64,000 bases of DNA from an uncultured Oscillospiraceae bacterium (GCA_964535405.1 CAZHUG010000004.1:7392-71391); one strand, 5' to 3'. Counted from the first letter of the stretch, positions 19,601 to 29,220 are shown. Notes: generated from the letters alone by a model not told the origin. Program-made: numbers and translations.

Positions 19601-20097
19601 GCGGCGGCCTTGAGTATTACAGGAAAACCGAAGGCATTTGCTTTCTCAAGCGCGTCCTCGGCGCTTATGAGCGGCTCCTTAGAGCCCGGAATTACCGGGA
19701 CATTGCAGGACACGGCAATTTTCTTTGCCTCCAGCTTGTCGCCCATCTTGGCGAGCACATGGCTGGGAGGGCCGATGAATTTAATTCCTGCCGCCTCGCA
19801 GGCGCTTGCAAAGCTCGCGTTCTCGGACAAGAAACCGTAGCCGGGGTGGATTGCCTCTACCTTGTGCTTTTTGGCGAGCGAAATTATTTCGTCAATGGCG
19901 AGATACGCGCCCAGCGGGCTTTTGTTCTCGCCGATCAGATATGCCTCATCCGCCTTGGTGCGGAAGATGTTCATTGTATCTTCCTTGGAATAAATGGCAA
20001 CTGTGTGTATGTTAAGGTCATAGCAGGCACGGAAAATGCGAATTGCTATCTCGCTCCGGTTTGCAGCAAGAACCTTGGTGAAAATACTCTCTGTCAT
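16669..20097 (-). CDS. pyc: Pyruvate carboxylase
   Basis: Biotin carboxylase, carboxyltransferase and biotinyl (EAMKME) domains in about 1140 aa. Start set to ATG 20097, with GAGAGGAG upstream. Confidence 0.93.
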   Translation of the reverse strand: MTESIFTKVLAANRSEIAIRIFRACYDLNIHTVAIYSKEDTMNIFRTKADEAYLIGENKSPLGAYLAIDEIISLAKKHKVEAIHPGYGFLSENASFASACEAAGIKFIGPPSHVLAKMGDKLEAKKIAVSCNVPVIPGSKEPLISAEDALEKANAFGFPVILKAAAGGGGRGMRLCEKPEDIAPSFELVKNEARKAFGDDTIFIEKYLVEPKHIEVQILADEHGCVRHLGERDCSLQRRYQKVVEFAPAWSVAPEIRERLCADAVKIAKAVGYVNAGTVEFLVDKNGKHYFIEMNPRIQVEHTVTEMVTGIDLVRAQILIAAGVPLSHPEIGLAEQSDLKMDGYSIQCRVTTEDPKNNFAPDNGRISAYRSGGGFGVRLDGGNAAAGAEISPYYDSLLVKVTSWDRTFEAVCRKARRAINEEHVRGVKTNISFVTNILNHPTFMSGECHTKFIDETEELFDIEESRDRATRVLKYIAGIQVAKPDNHHREYSTPRYPKPTREITGKMGLKHILDTKGPEAVSKWVMDQKKLLVTDTTMRDAHQSLLSTRMRTRDMVKGAAGTADFLADCFSLEMWGGATFDTAYRFLFESPWERIDLLRKEIPNIPFQMLLRGSNLVGYSNYPDNLVSDFVEEAANAGIDVFRVFDSLNWIPGMEPAMEAVLRTNKLLEATVCYTGDILDPKRDKYTLKYYVDFAKELARRGAHTICVKDMSGLLKPYGAKALITALKNEIGVPIHLHTHNTTDNQIASYLLAAEAGVDIVDCAIGPLSSLTSQPSMNSLVEAMRGTERDTGFSSDQLQLLSDYWTDVRERYVSFDQGMTTPMTEIYRFEIPGGQYTNLQPQVNALGLGHRFDEVKEMYRTVNEMLGDIIKVTPSSKMVGDLAIFMVQNNLNADNIVARGESLAFPDSVVSYFKGMMGQPPSGFPIDLQRVVLKGEEPISCRPGDLLPPVDWDAVRTEVEVYSPDPSKRSLISYAMYPKVLQDFFTHRKEYGYIARMGSHVFFDGMAEGETTQINIEEGKTLVIKYLGLGDLNEDGTRTVQFELNGMRREVAVPDPKAPDTSRRITMADPEDKGQIGASIPGMVSKVSVKPGDTVTVNQVVAIIEAMKMETSVVARMDGVVGEVLVEAGSTVKAGELLMTMK

Positions 20098-20111
20098 CGC
20101 TTTTGCTCCTC

Positions 20112-20909
20112 TCACTGTCCGCGTGCCAGCTCCTCGGAGCGGCGTTTGTTTGCCCTGTATGCCAGGAGCACCGCCTCGGGCAAGCCTGCCTCGGTCAGCG
20201 CCATGACTGCAGCCTCTGTAGTGCCTTTTTTGCTGGTTATTCTGCGGCGAAGCTCCTCCGGCGGGGCGGAATCAGCCTCGAGCAGGCGTGCCGCACCGAT
20301 AAGGGTCTGTCTCGCCAGAGCTGCCGCCGTCCCGGGATCAATGCCCTCAACAATAGCAGCCTCGCGCAGGCTCTCAACCATATAATAAATATATGCCGCA
20401 CCGCTGCCGGAGATGGCGGCGATGTCGTTTATCTGATCCTCCCTGATCCTGACGGCTATGCCGGAGGCGGAGAAAACCTTCTCAGCTATCTGCATGTCAG
20501 TCTCGGTCGCCCCCGCACCCGGCGCAATGCCGGAGGCTCCGCAGCCCACAGACAGAGCCAAATTCGGCATCACACGGATGACGCGCGACACTCCCAGAAG
20601 CTCAGACACGCTCTCGCTCGGGACTCCTGCCATAATGCTGATGACCAGAGTATCAGATCCAATAAAATCCTTATATTTCGGCGCAGCCTCAGAAAAGCTC
20701 TGGGGTTTCACGGCGAGAACTATGACGTCAGCACCGCCTAAATCCTCTGCCCGGGCGGTGGTGCTGCCATAGATAGCCTTGACCTCAGCGCAGCTCTTCG
20801 GGTTTCCGGGGTTTATAACCAGAATATCCTCACCCGCCGTGCCGGAGCCTATCATGCCGCCAATTATCGCGCGGGCCATGTTCCCGCTGCCTATAAATGC
20901 TGTTTTCAT
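20112..20909 (-). CDS. proC: Pyrroline-5-carboxylate reductase
   Basis: MKTAFIGSGNMARAIIGG. Confidence 0.9.
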   Translation of the reverse strand: MKTAFIGSGNMARAIIGGMIGSGTAGEDILVINPGNPKSCAEVKAIYGSTTARAEDLGGADVIVLAVKPQSFSEAAPKYKDFIGSDTLVISIMAGVPSESVSELLGVSRVIRVMPNLALSVGCGASGIAPGAGATETDMQIAEKVFSASGIAVRIREDQINDIAAISGSGAAYIYYMVESLREAAIVEGIDPGTAAALARQTLIGAARLLEADSAPPEELRRRITSKKGTTEAAVMALTEAGLPEAVLLAYRANKRRSEELARGQ

Positions 20910-22153
20910 GCTCTTACCTGCCCCGTTCCATTGAGCAGATACTTGTAGCTTGTTATCTCGCGCAAGCCAAGCGGGCCGCGCGCGTGGAGCTTCTGGGTGG
21001 ATATTCCGAGCTCCGCGCCGAAGCCGAACTCAAAGCCATCTGTAAAGCGGGTGGAGGCGTTTGCATTGACCACAGCAGCATCAACCGTCTTCTGGAAGTA
21101 CTGCGCGTTTTCGTCCGAACCCGTTACAATGCACTCGGTGTGCTTCGTGCCGTAGTGATTTATGTGCTCCACAGCAGACTTGACATCAGGCACAAGCTTG
21201 ACCGCCATCGCCATGTCGAGATACTCATCCGCCCAGTCAGACTCGTTCGCGGGGATGATGTTATCTGCATATTCAGCCGCGGCCTCGTCGCCGTGCAGCT
21301 CAACCTTATTCCCGGACAGCACCGACAGCAGGTCTTTGAGGTGCTTTTTTGCCCAGTCCTCCTGGACAAGCAGCGTCTCCGCCGCGTTGCACACACCCGT
21401 GCGCTGGGTCTTGGCATTTATGACTATGTCCCTGGCCATCTCATAATCTGCCGTCTCGTCAATATATACGTGGCAGTTGCCGGTTCCGGTTTGCAAAACG
21501 GGGACTGTCGCGTTCATGACCGCCCGCTGTATGAGTCCCGGGCCGCCGCGGGGCACGATGAGGTCAATATACTCTCTGAGCTTGAGCATTTTGTCAACAG
21601 TCTCGCGGGCGGTATCCTCAATAAGACACACCGCATCAGCTGTCACGCCCACGCCCTCAAGCGCCTCGCGCATGGCCGCAACTATGGCAAGGTTCGACTG
21701 GAAGGCGGAAGAGCTGCCGCGCATGAGTATGGAACTGCCTGCCTTGAAGGCGAGGCCTGCCGCATCCGCCGTGACATTGGGACGGCCCTCATAGATGATG
21801 CCGATAACGCCCATTGGCACACGGACGCGCGAAATTTCAATACCATTGGCTGGTGTCCAGCGCTCAAGCACCTCTCCAATGGGGTCGGGCAACTGCGCCA
21901 CCTGACGCAGTCCCTCTGCCATGCCTGAAACGCGCTCGTCATTGAGCATAAGCCTGTCGAGCAGTGCGTCGGTCATGCCTTTTTCGCGGCTGCGCGCCAT
22001 ATCAGTCTCGTTTGCGAGGACTATCTCAGCGCTGTGGCGCTCAAGAGCGTCAGACATGGCAAGCAGTGCTCTGTTTTTCTCCTCTGTCCCCAGCTGTGCG
22101 AGGACTGCTGCGGCAGCTTTTGCCGCCTGTGCCGATTCGATGAGAGTTTTCAT
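20906..22153 (-). CDS. proA: Glutamate-5-semialdehyde dehydrogenase
   Basis: Aldehyde dehydrogenase fold with the CNAAETLLV catalytic Cys region. Confidence 0.93.
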   Translation of the reverse strand: MKTLIESAQAAKAAAAVLAQLGTEEKNRALLAMSDALERHSAEIVLANETDMARSREKGMTDALLDRLMLNDERVSGMAEGLRQVAQLPDPIGEVLERWTPANGIEISRVRVPMGVIGIIYEGRPNVTADAAGLAFKAGSSILMRGSSSAFQSNLAIVAAMREALEGVGVTADAVCLIEDTARETVDKMLKLREYIDLIVPRGGPGLIQRAVMNATVPVLQTGTGNCHVYIDETADYEMARDIVINAKTQRTGVCNAAETLLVQEDWAKKHLKDLLSVLSGNKVELHGDEAAAEYADNIIPANESDWADEYLDMAMAVKLVPDVKSAVEHINHYGTKHTECIVTGSDENAQYFQKTVDAAVVNANASTRFTDGFEFGFGAELGISTQKLHARGPLGLREITSYKYLLNGTGQVRA

Positions 22154-23271
22154 TTTTCATCCTCCATTTCTGTGTAAGCCCAATTGTCTCTGTGTATGAC
22201 CTCCGGCGGACGGTTCGGGAACTGCTTTTCTGCCTCCGCTGAGGAGAGCCCCATAGTCTCACGAAGCTCCGCCGAGCTGTAATTTACAACGCCGCGGCCC
22301 AAACAGTCGCCGCCGCCTGCCAGATATACGCGAACCACGTCTCCTGCGGCAAAGTCACCCTCCGCAGCGCGCACCCCCGCAGGCAAAAGACTTTTGCCGC
22401 GCTTTAAAATTGCCTCAGCCGCACCTGCGTCAATGTATATATTTCCATTTGTCTGTGCATAGAACGCCATCCACTGAAGGCGGGTTTTCATGCCCTTTCC
22501 GGCTTTAAAATAAGTGCCGCGTGCCCTGCCCTCCAGCGCTTTTTTCAAAACCTCCGGCTGAGCTGAGGAGCAAATAACCGCCGCAACTCCGGCATTGGTC
22601 GCAAGCTTTGCGCCTTCAAGCTTTGTGAACATGCCGCCGGTCGCGTTTTTCGTGCCTGAGCCGCCGGCCAGCGCCTCAAGCTCCGGAGTTATCCGCTCAA
22701 CCTCCGGTATCAGCTCCGCCGTCGGGTCTGTGCGGGGATCGGCGGTGTAGAGCCCGTCGGTGTCAGTCAATAAAATCAGCAAATCCGCATGCACCATTGC
22801 GGCGACCTGTGCCGAGAGCATATCATTGTCGCCAAGCTTAAGTTCCGCTATGGACACTGTGTCATTTTCGTTTATAATAGGTATAGCACCTCTTGACAAC
22901 AGCACCTCCAGCGCGTTATAAGCGTTGGTGTAGCGGCGCCTGTCCCGGAAATCGGCACGCGTCAGCAAAAGCTGAGCCGCGACGTATCCGTGAGCAGAAA
23001 GACTGCGGGCATACTCCTCCATGAGCAGTCCCTGACCCACGGCCGCACTGGCCTGCTTTGCGTCCACGGCAGTCGGCCGCTCATTGTAGCCGAGCAGTGA
23101 ATATCCCGCAGCAATTGCTCCGCTGGTGACCAATATTACCTGATGACCATCGTCCCTCATTGCCGCAAGCTGAGCTGTCAGCGCGCGGAGTTTTTCTGGC
23201 TCTAATCTGCCACTTCGCTCTGTCAGAGAGCTTGTGCCAACCTTAACGACGACGGTTTTACGGCCGCCCAT
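22150..23271 (-). CDS. proB: Glutamate 5-kinase (with PUA domain)
   Basis: VVVKVGTSSLT...; C-terminal PUA-like region. Start is ATG 23271 or GTG 23280. Confidence 0.9.
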   Translation of the reverse strand: MGGRKTVVVKVGTSSLTERSGRLEPEKLRALTAQLAAMRDDGHQVILVTSGAIAAGYSLLGYNERPTAVDAKQASAAVGQGLLMEEYARSLSAHGYVAAQLLLTRADFRDRRRYTNAYNALEVLLSRGAIPIINENDTVSIAELKLGDNDMLSAQVAAMVHADLLILLTDTDGLYTADPRTDPTAELIPEVERITPELEALAGGSGTKNATGGMFTKLEGAKLATNAGVAAVICSSAQPEVLKKALEGRARGTYFKAGKGMKTRLQWMAFYAQTNGNIYIDAGAAEAILKRGKSLLPAGVRAAEGDFAAGDVVRVYLAGGGDCLGRGVVNYSSAELRETMGLSSAEAEKQFPNRPPEVIHRDNWAYTEMEDEK

Positions 23272-23392
23272 ATATATCACCCAATTCTTTAATGGTTTAA
23301 TGAAGAATTATACCACATATCAGGCGAATATCCAAGCGAATATAGTTGTGATTAAATAAACTATCAATTTATTCAAAACCGGAGGAGAGAGA

Positions 23393-24391
23393 ATGAAGAA
23401 ACGGATCATGTTCATAGGCACCGGCGGCACCATCGCCTCGGAGATGAGCGAGGAGGGGCTCTCGCCCGGACTTGGGGCCTCCGCACTGCTCAGCTACGTG
23501 CCCGAGGTTGCCGAGCTATGCCTGGTTGAGAGCGTTCAGCTCTATGATCTGGACAGCACGAACATCGCTCCGGAGCACTGGGTCGGCATGGCGCGGCTCA
23601 TAAGAGAGCGCTACAGCGATTTTGACGGCTTTGTCATAAGTCACGGCACGGACACCATGGCCTACACCGCCGCCGCGCTGTCATACCTCGTGCAGTGGAG
23701 CAAGAAGCCAATAGTTCTCACAGGTGCGCAGAAGCCCATCGGTTTTGACAGCACAGACTCGAAGATGAACCTGCGCGACAGCTTCACTGTCGCCTGCGCC
23801 GACGACATGCACGGTGTCACCATAGTCTTTAACGGCAACGTCATACTCGGCACCCGCGCCAGAAAGACGCACACGAAAAGCTTCAACGCATTTTCCAGCA
23901 TTAACTACCCAAACATTGCCGCCCTGCTCGATGGCAGACTCATGCAGTACATCGTCCCCGAGTATAGGGACAAGCCCATATTTTACGACGCGCTCGACAC
24001 GAGGGTCGGGCTGATGAAGCTCATCCCCGGCAATGACGCAGAGCTCTTGAGCTTCATGCTCTCTCACACGAATGCGCTCGTTGTGGAGAGTTTCGGTGTC
24101 GGGGGCCTGCCCCAAAACGGAGGCATGCACCAGCTGATGGAGCAGTCCGCCCAGAGCGGCAAGGTCATAGTCATGACCACGCAGGTGCCTAACGAGGGGA
24201 GTGATCTGGGCATCTACTCCATAGGCCGCGGTCTTGCCGGAAGTCCAAGTATACTCGAAGCCTACGACATGACAACCGAGGCCGTGGTTACAAAGCTCAT
24301 GTGGATACTGGCTCAAACCAACGATCCGGCGCGGGTGGCGGAGCTCTTCTACCGGCCCATAAGCCGCGATATTCTGACACCTCAGACATAG
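23393..24391 (+). CDS. ansA: Type I L-asparaginase
   Basis: FIGTGGTIAS, HGTDTMAYT. Confidence 0.88.
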   Translation: MKKRIMFIGTGGTIASEMSEEGLSPGLGASALLSYVPEVAELCLVESVQLYDLDSTNIAPEHWVGMARLIRERYSDFDGFVISHGTDTMAYTAAALSYLVQWSKKPIVLTGAQKPIGFDSTDSKMNLRDSFTVACADDMHGVTIVFNGNVILGTRARKTHTKSFNAFSSINYPNIAALLDGRLMQYIVPEYRDKPIFYDALDTRVGLMKLIPGNDAELLSFMLSHTNALVVESFGVGGLPQNGGMHQLMEQSAQSGKVIVMTTQVPNEGSDLGIYSIGRGLAGSPSILEAYDMTTEAVVTKLMWILAQTNDPARVAELFYRPISRDILTPQT

Positions 24392-24503
24392 AAGCCGCGC
24401 ATATGGACTGCTGGCAGCATTTTGATGTTCTTTTATCCTTGACGTGACCGTTAGACCATGTTAGTTTAAACTTAGAAAGACGCGAAATAACAGGGGGGAA
24501 AAC

Positions 24504-24797
24504 ATGATTCATTATCTGCTTTTGAAGTTTGAACCGGAATATTTCTCCGACGAAATATTTCAGTTTGCACTTGACACCTTTAATAAGCTCAAAGCTGAGC
24601 TGCCGGGTGTTGAAGATGTCAGCCTAGCTAAAAATTGCGTTGACCGAGACGATAACGCCGATCTGCTTATAACAATGAAGCTCCGCTCAGAGGATATGCT
24701 GGGCGTATATCTGGAGCATCCCCTGCACCAAAAATTTGTCCAAAGGGTCGGTTCACATGTTGTTCAGAGAGCCAGCATCGATAAGCAGCTGGGATAA
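24504..24797 (+). CDS. Dabb (stress-responsive alpha/beta barrel) protein
   Basis: MIHYLLLKF...YLEHPLHQKFV. Confidence 0.6.
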   Translation: MIHYLLLKFEPEYFSDEIFQFALDTFNKLKAELPGVEDVSLAKNCVDRDDNADLLITMKLRSEDMLGVYLEHPLHQKFVQRVGSHVVQRASIDKQLG

Positions 24798-24846
24798 GCG
24801 CCGGACGTTTCAAACAAAAACAAAGAATATAAGGAGGCTGTTAATT

Positions 24847-26529
24847 ATGTCCGAGACACATGTAGGTGCGTTTAACACATTTGAGTTCATCTCCAACAAG
24901 ACCTGCTATAAAGCCAACGGCTTTACAGACGACGATCTATCCCGTCCCATAATCGGCATCGCCTGCTCGTACAATGATTCTGTCGCGGGTCACAACAACC
25001 TGCGTGAGCTTGCAGAGCAGGTCAAGTTCGGCATCTACCGCGCCGGCGGCACCCCTGTCGAGTTCGGCATCATCGCCTGCTGCGACGGTATCAGCGATAA
25101 TCACTATGGCGCGCATTACGTTCTGCCCTCACGCGACAACATCGCAGACTCTATTGAAATTCAGTGCCAGGCGCACCATTTTGACGGCCTTGTCATGCTC
25201 GCAAGCTGCGATAAGATAGTCCCCGGCATGCTCATGGCGGCCGCACGGATGGACATCCCCGCCATACTCGTACCAGGTGGCGCCATGCTCTCATCGCCGC
25301 CCTTCCTGGACAAGCCCCGCGCCAACACCACGACCATTTCAGAGGCTTTCGGTCTCTACACTCAGGGCAAGGTCACCGAGCAGCAGCTGCAGCAACTCAC
25401 CACAACCAGCTCCATGACCTGCGGCTCCTGCCAGTTTATGGGCACGGCGAACACCATGTGCTGCTTCTCTGAGGCTCTGGGCATGACGCTCTCCACAGGC
25501 GGCCTCATTCCCGCTGTATATCTCGACCGTCGCCGCAGCGCATTCCAAAGCGGTGAGCAGGCTGTCCAGATGGCACGCAAGGGCATCGGCGCGCGCCAGA
25601 TCATGAGCTGGGAGGCGATCGAAAACTCCATCATGGTGCTCATGGCCATCGGAGGCTCCACAAACGCCGTCATCCACTGCTGCGCTCTTGCACATGAGCT
25701 GGGCTTTGAGGCAGACAAGGTCATGGAGGCCTTCGACCGCTATAGCGACATTGTTCCGCACATCGCCAGGGTTTCGCCCGCTTCCATAAATCACGACTGC
25801 GAGGATCTTTTCAAGGCAGGCGGCATTCCCGCGGTCATGAAATCCATACGCGAGCACCTGCACACCGGCGTGCTGACAGTTAACCTGTGCACTCTGGGCG
25901 AAAATCTCGATAATTTTGTTCCCATCTTCCCCGAGAATACCGAGGTCATCCGACCTCTGGATAATCCCTTCAGCACCCTCGGCGGACTTGCCATTATGCG
26001 CGGCAACCTCGCGCCGGACACCGGTGTCGCAAAACCCGCGGCCATCGCGGAGGAAGTGCGCCAGTTTACCGGAACCGCAATCTGCTTTGACGGCGAGCAC
26101 GCCTGCATTGAGGCGATTAAAGCCCGTAAGATAGAGTCCGGTCACGTTGTCGTCGTGCGCTACGAGGGTCCCAGAGGCGGCCCCGGCATGAGAGAGATGT
26201 ACCTCACCTTAAAGATGCTCAACGGTCAGGGGCTTGCCAAGAGTACGGCCCTCATCACCGACGGGCGCTTTTCCGGCACGAACAACGGCTGCTTTGTCGG
26301 TCATATCTCGCCCGAGGCTGCCGACGGCGGCCCCCTCGCGCTCGTGCAGGACGGCGACAAGATCACCGTTGATGTCATCAACAAGCGTCTCGAGCTGCAT
26401 GTCTCCGACGAAGAGCTTGAGGCCAGGCGGCAGAACTGGTCATACACCCCGCCGGCAGGGCTTAAGGGTTATCTGGCGCGCTATGCCAGACTCGTTTCCT
26501 CCGCAAATAAGGGCGCTATTTTAGAATAA
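24847..26529 (+). CDS. IlvD/Edd-family dehydratase (divergent from housekeeping IlvD)
   Basis: Start at ATG 24847 after AAGGAGG. Motifs SCDKIVPGMLMAAARMDIPAILVPGGAM and ITDGRFSG. There are no ilv genes nearby. Confidence 0.8.
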   Translation: MSETHVGAFNTFEFISNKTCYKANGFTDDDLSRPIIGIACSYNDSVAGHNNLRELAEQVKFGIYRAGGTPVEFGIIACCDGISDNHYGAHYVLPSRDNIADSIEIQCQAHHFDGLVMLASCDKIVPGMLMAAARMDIPAILVPGGAMLSSPPFLDKPRANTTTISEAFGLYTQGKVTEQQLQQLTTTSSMTCGSCQFMGTANTMCCFSEALGMTLSTGGLIPAVYLDRRRSAFQSGEQAVQMARKGIGARQIMSWEAIENSIMVLMAIGGSTNAVIHCCALAHELGFEADKVMEAFDRYSDIVPHIARVSPASINHDCEDLFKAGGIPAVMKSIREHLHTGVLTVNLCTLGENLDNFVPIFPENTEVIRPLDNPFSTLGGLAIMRGNLAPDTGVAKPAAIAEEVRQFTGTAICFDGEHACIEAIKARKIESGHVVVVRYEGPRGGPGMREMYLTLKMLNGQGLAKSTALITDGRFSGTNNGCFVGHISPEAADGGPLALVQDGDKITVDVINKRLELHVSDEELEARRQNWSYTPPAGLKGYLARYARLVSSANKGAILE

Positions 26530-26552
26530 AAAAAGGAGTGTACAGCGTGGAT

Positions 26553-27359
26553 ATGAAGAAAACTGAAAAGACCAAGCAGATCGTCACCGAGTTTTATCAC
26601 GCATACGGCATCGAGAAAAACGCCGATAAATGCAGGGGCTTTTTTGGCGAGAAATATATTCAGCACAACCCCCACGTTCAGGATGGACCCGAGCATTTTC
26701 TGCGCTTCGTGCAGTACCGCCACGACAACTATGCCGAAGGCCGCAACAATGTAATGATGACCATCGCGGACGGCGACAAGGTCATGCTGCACGTGCATTC
26801 CGTGCTCACACCCGGCGAGCCGGGGCGCAACCTTGTCGATACCTTCCGCGTCGAGGACGGCAAGGTCATCGAACATTGGGACGTCATCGAGGATGTCGAG
26901 GTTCTGAAATTTCCCCCAATCAATGATAACGGACTGTTTAATCAGATAGGCGACGATATCCTGACTGATTTGGACAAGACCGAGGAAAACCGCGCCCTCG
27001 TCACTGCCTTTTACGAGGCCTACGGCCTTGAGAAGGACGCCGAAAAATGTGCGCAGTATCTGGGCGATACCTACATCCAGCACAACCCCCATGTTCAGGA
27101 CGGGCCAGAGCATTTCCTGCGCTTCGTCAATTTCCGACGCAAAAACTACCCAGAGGCCAAGAATATGATAAAGCTCACCGTGGCACAGGGAAATCTTGTC
27201 GGCTTCCATGTCCACTCCGTGCTCACCCCGGGCGAGCCGGGGCGCAACCTTGTCGACATTTTCCGTGTAGAAAACGGAAAGATCGCCGAGCATTGGGATA
27301 CGATTCAGGACATCGAGGTTCTCAAATTCCCGCCGATAAACGATAACGGACTGTATTAA
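26553..27359 (+). CDS. Tandem double SnoaL/NTF2-like domain protein
   Basis: Two roughly 130-aa halves share YIQHNPHVQDGPEHFLRFV...HVHSVLTPGEPGRNLVD.FRVE.GK..EHWD.I.D.EVLKFPPINDNGL. The start could instead be GTG 26547. Confidence 0.65.
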   Translation: MKKTEKTKQIVTEFYHAYGIEKNADKCRGFFGEKYIQHNPHVQDGPEHFLRFVQYRHDNYAEGRNNVMMTIADGDKVMLHVHSVLTPGEPGRNLVDTFRVEDGKVIEHWDVIEDVEVLKFPPINDNGLFNQIGDDILTDLDKTEENRALVTAFYEAYGLEKDAEKCAQYLGDTYIQHNPHVQDGPEHFLRFVNFRRKNYPEAKNMIKLTVAQGNLVGFHVHSVLTPGEPGRNLVDIFRVENGKIAEHWDTIQDIEVLKFPPINDNGLY

Positions 27360-27372
27360 TTTGTCCTCGCAT

Positions 27373-27410
27373 ACAAGAACGCCGCACCCCATATGGTGCG
27401 GCGTTCTTGT
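27373..27410. terminator. Bidirectional terminator
   Basis: ACAAGAACGCCGCACC / GGTGCGGCGTTCTTGT. Confidence 0.75.
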
Positions 27411-27428
27411 ACAGGTATTTGTTTTTTC

Positions 27429-27611
27429 TTATAAATCAAGCCATCGCTGTTCAATGGATTTTAATTGATCTTCCTTTTGTCTCTTTAAAAAGTCCTTATC
27501 TAAAAAGACCGTTATGCATTCCTCACACGTTCCCTGCATATCGATACTGACACTTTTTAGCATGCAACACTCTTCTTTATTATATATGCAGTATTCAAAC
27601 TCACATTTCAT
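27429..27611 (-). CDS. Small Cys-rich hypothetical protein
   Basis: 60 aa, CEFEYC...CC...CEEC. Divergent from the XRE regulator gene and AT-rich. Confidence 0.4.
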   Translation of the reverse strand: MKCEFEYCIYNKEECCMLKSVSIDMQGTCEECITVFLDKDFLKRQKEDQLKSIEQRWLDL

Positions 27612-27751
27612 AGTAAAACCGCCCTTTGTGGTTCATCTTTAGAACCTATTTTGCACTATCTACAGAGTAAAATCAAGTATATAAGTGCATCTTTAGCACA
27701 TACTTGAGGCGGTGAATCATGAAAATATATTGGCACAATGGACGCAAAAAC

Positions 27752-27964
27752 ATGATAGGGAGCAATGTCAGGCGTCTGCGGATCAGCCGGAAGCTGACGC
27801 AAAAGCAACTCGCCGCGAAAATACAGCTGCTCGGGTACGAGCTTGACAGATTGACAATTTTGAGAATGGAATCAGGCGACAGGTTTATAGCAGACTACGA
27901 GGTTAAGGCCTTAGCCGAGGCCTTGGGTGTTGAAATCCAGGTTCTTTATGACGAGAGTGAATAG
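27752..27964 (+). CDS. XRE-family HTH transcriptional regulator
   Basis: IGSNVRRLRISRKLTQKQLA. Start moved to ATG 27752. Confidence 0.75.
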   Translation: MIGSNVRRLRISRKLTQKQLAAKIQLLGYELDRLTILRMESGDRFIADYEVKALAEALGVEIQVLYDESE

Positions 27965-28016
27965 TGACGCAATCCTTGGTTTATGATTTTATAGAAAACA
28001 CATTTAGGAGGACAAA

Positions 28017-28403
28017 ATGAGTAAAATTGTAGATTTTTTACACGCAACAAAGGTGTTTTATTTGGCAACGGTTGATGGGGAGCAGGCACAGGTTCGCCCC
28101 ATAAACTCCGTCATCAAGCATGAGGGGCAGATTTATTTCGAAACCAGCAACAAAAAAGCGATGTTCCGCCAAATGCTTGCAAACCCGAACGTAGCCATCT
28201 CCGGAATGGCCGGCTCGGAATGGATTCGAATCACAGGAAAGGTGATAATGGATAGCCGTGAAGAGATGAAGGATGCGATGTTTGCCGCGATTCCCTCATT
28301 GAAGACGGTCTATACCAGAGACGAGCTGGAGGTCTTTTATCTAGAGGACATCAAGGCCTTTGTACACTCCTTTACTGCCGTACCGGTGGAACTAAAGGAC
28401 TAG
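28017..28403 (+). CDS. Pyridoxamine 5'-phosphate oxidase-family FMN-binding protein
   Basis: FYLATVDGEQAQVRPINSV... Confidence 0.6.
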   Translation: MSKIVDFLHATKVFYLATVDGEQAQVRPINSVIKHEGQIYFETSNKKAMFRQMLANPNVAISGMAGSEWIRITGKVIMDSREEMKDAMFAAIPSLKTVYTRDELEVFYLEDIKAFVHSFTAVPVELKD

Positions 28404-28433
28404 CGGGCCGTACATATAAGGAGATTTTTTGAG

Positions 28434-28970
28434 ATGAAAAAAGTATTAATTCTTTCGACCAGTCCACGCAAGGGCGGAAATTCTGACACCTTGTGCGATC
28501 AGTTTATGGCAGGCGCGACAGAATCCGGACATCAGGTTGAAAAAATATTTCTCGCTGACAAGGATGTAAATTATTGCGTAGGCTGCGGCCTATGTCTGAA
28601 GAAAAAGGGAAGCTGCTCGCAGAAGGACGATATGTTGGAAATTGCTCAGAAGATGGTCGGGGCGGACGTCATCGTCATGGCCACACCGGTCTATTTCTAC
28701 ACCATGAGCGCACAGACAAAAACTCTTATTGACCGCTGCTGTGCCTATTATCCCGACATGAAGGGTAAGGAGTTCTATTTTATCATCACCGCCGCTGAGG
28801 ACGACATTGCCGTCATGCAGACCACCGTTGACGGACTGCGGGCCTTCACGCATTTTCTCCCTGATTCCAAGGAGAAGGGGATCATTTATGGCATCGGCGC
28901 ATTTGGAAGGGGCGAAATTAAGGCTCTGCCGGCCATGGACGAAGCGTACGCAATGGGCAAGAGAGCGTAG
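28434..28970 (+). CDS. Flavodoxin-like NAD(P)H-dependent FMN reductase / iron-sulfur flavoprotein
   Basis: MKKVLILSTSPRKGGNSD, CVGCGLC, ATPVYFY. Confidence 0.7.
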   Translation: MKKVLILSTSPRKGGNSDTLCDQFMAGATESGHQVEKIFLADKDVNYCVGCGLCLKKKGSCSQKDDMLEIAQKMVGADVIVMATPVYFYTMSAQTKTLIDRCCAYYPDMKGKEFYFIITAAEDDIAVMQTTVDGLRAFTHFLPDSKEKGIIYGIGAFGRGEIKALPAMDEAYAMGKRA

Positions 28971-29058
28971 CCATATTAAAATCAAAATTTAGAAATGGGA
29001 TTTTGGAGTGAATGCGTATTGTAATCCGCTTCGGGGAATACTCTATCTGGGTGATAAT

Positions 29059-29220
29059 ATGTCAAAAAAGAAAAAGCGTCAGGCCAACGTCACACTCAAC
29101 CCAGAGGACCGATTGGTTACAAAGTTCGATGCTACCGGCATTGACAAGTTTCCTGTGAAGGAAAATGCGAATTATGCCCCGATAGTAGTCGACAACTGCG
29201 CAGAAGAGCATATCATGTAA
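29059..29220 (+). CDS. Small hypothetical protein
   Basis: 53 aa, starting MSKKKKRQANV. No recognisable family. Confidence 0.3.
   Translation: MSKKKKRQANVTLNPEDRLVTKFDATGIDKFPVKENANYAPIVVDNCAEEHIM

Noticed and set aside
19114-21928. Long + strand ORFs (19114..20385, 20103..20741, 20897..21928) opposite pyc, proC and proA
   Set aside because: These are antisense ORFs typical of high-GC coding DNA. Their translations are low-complexity (Arg/Ala/Leu-rich) with no motifs, whereas the minus-strand genes have clear family signatures.
23281-23392. T-box or other leader upstream of proBA
   Set aside because: Only about 110 nt of divergent intergenic DNA is available. That is too short for a T-box, and no specifier or T-box motif was seen.
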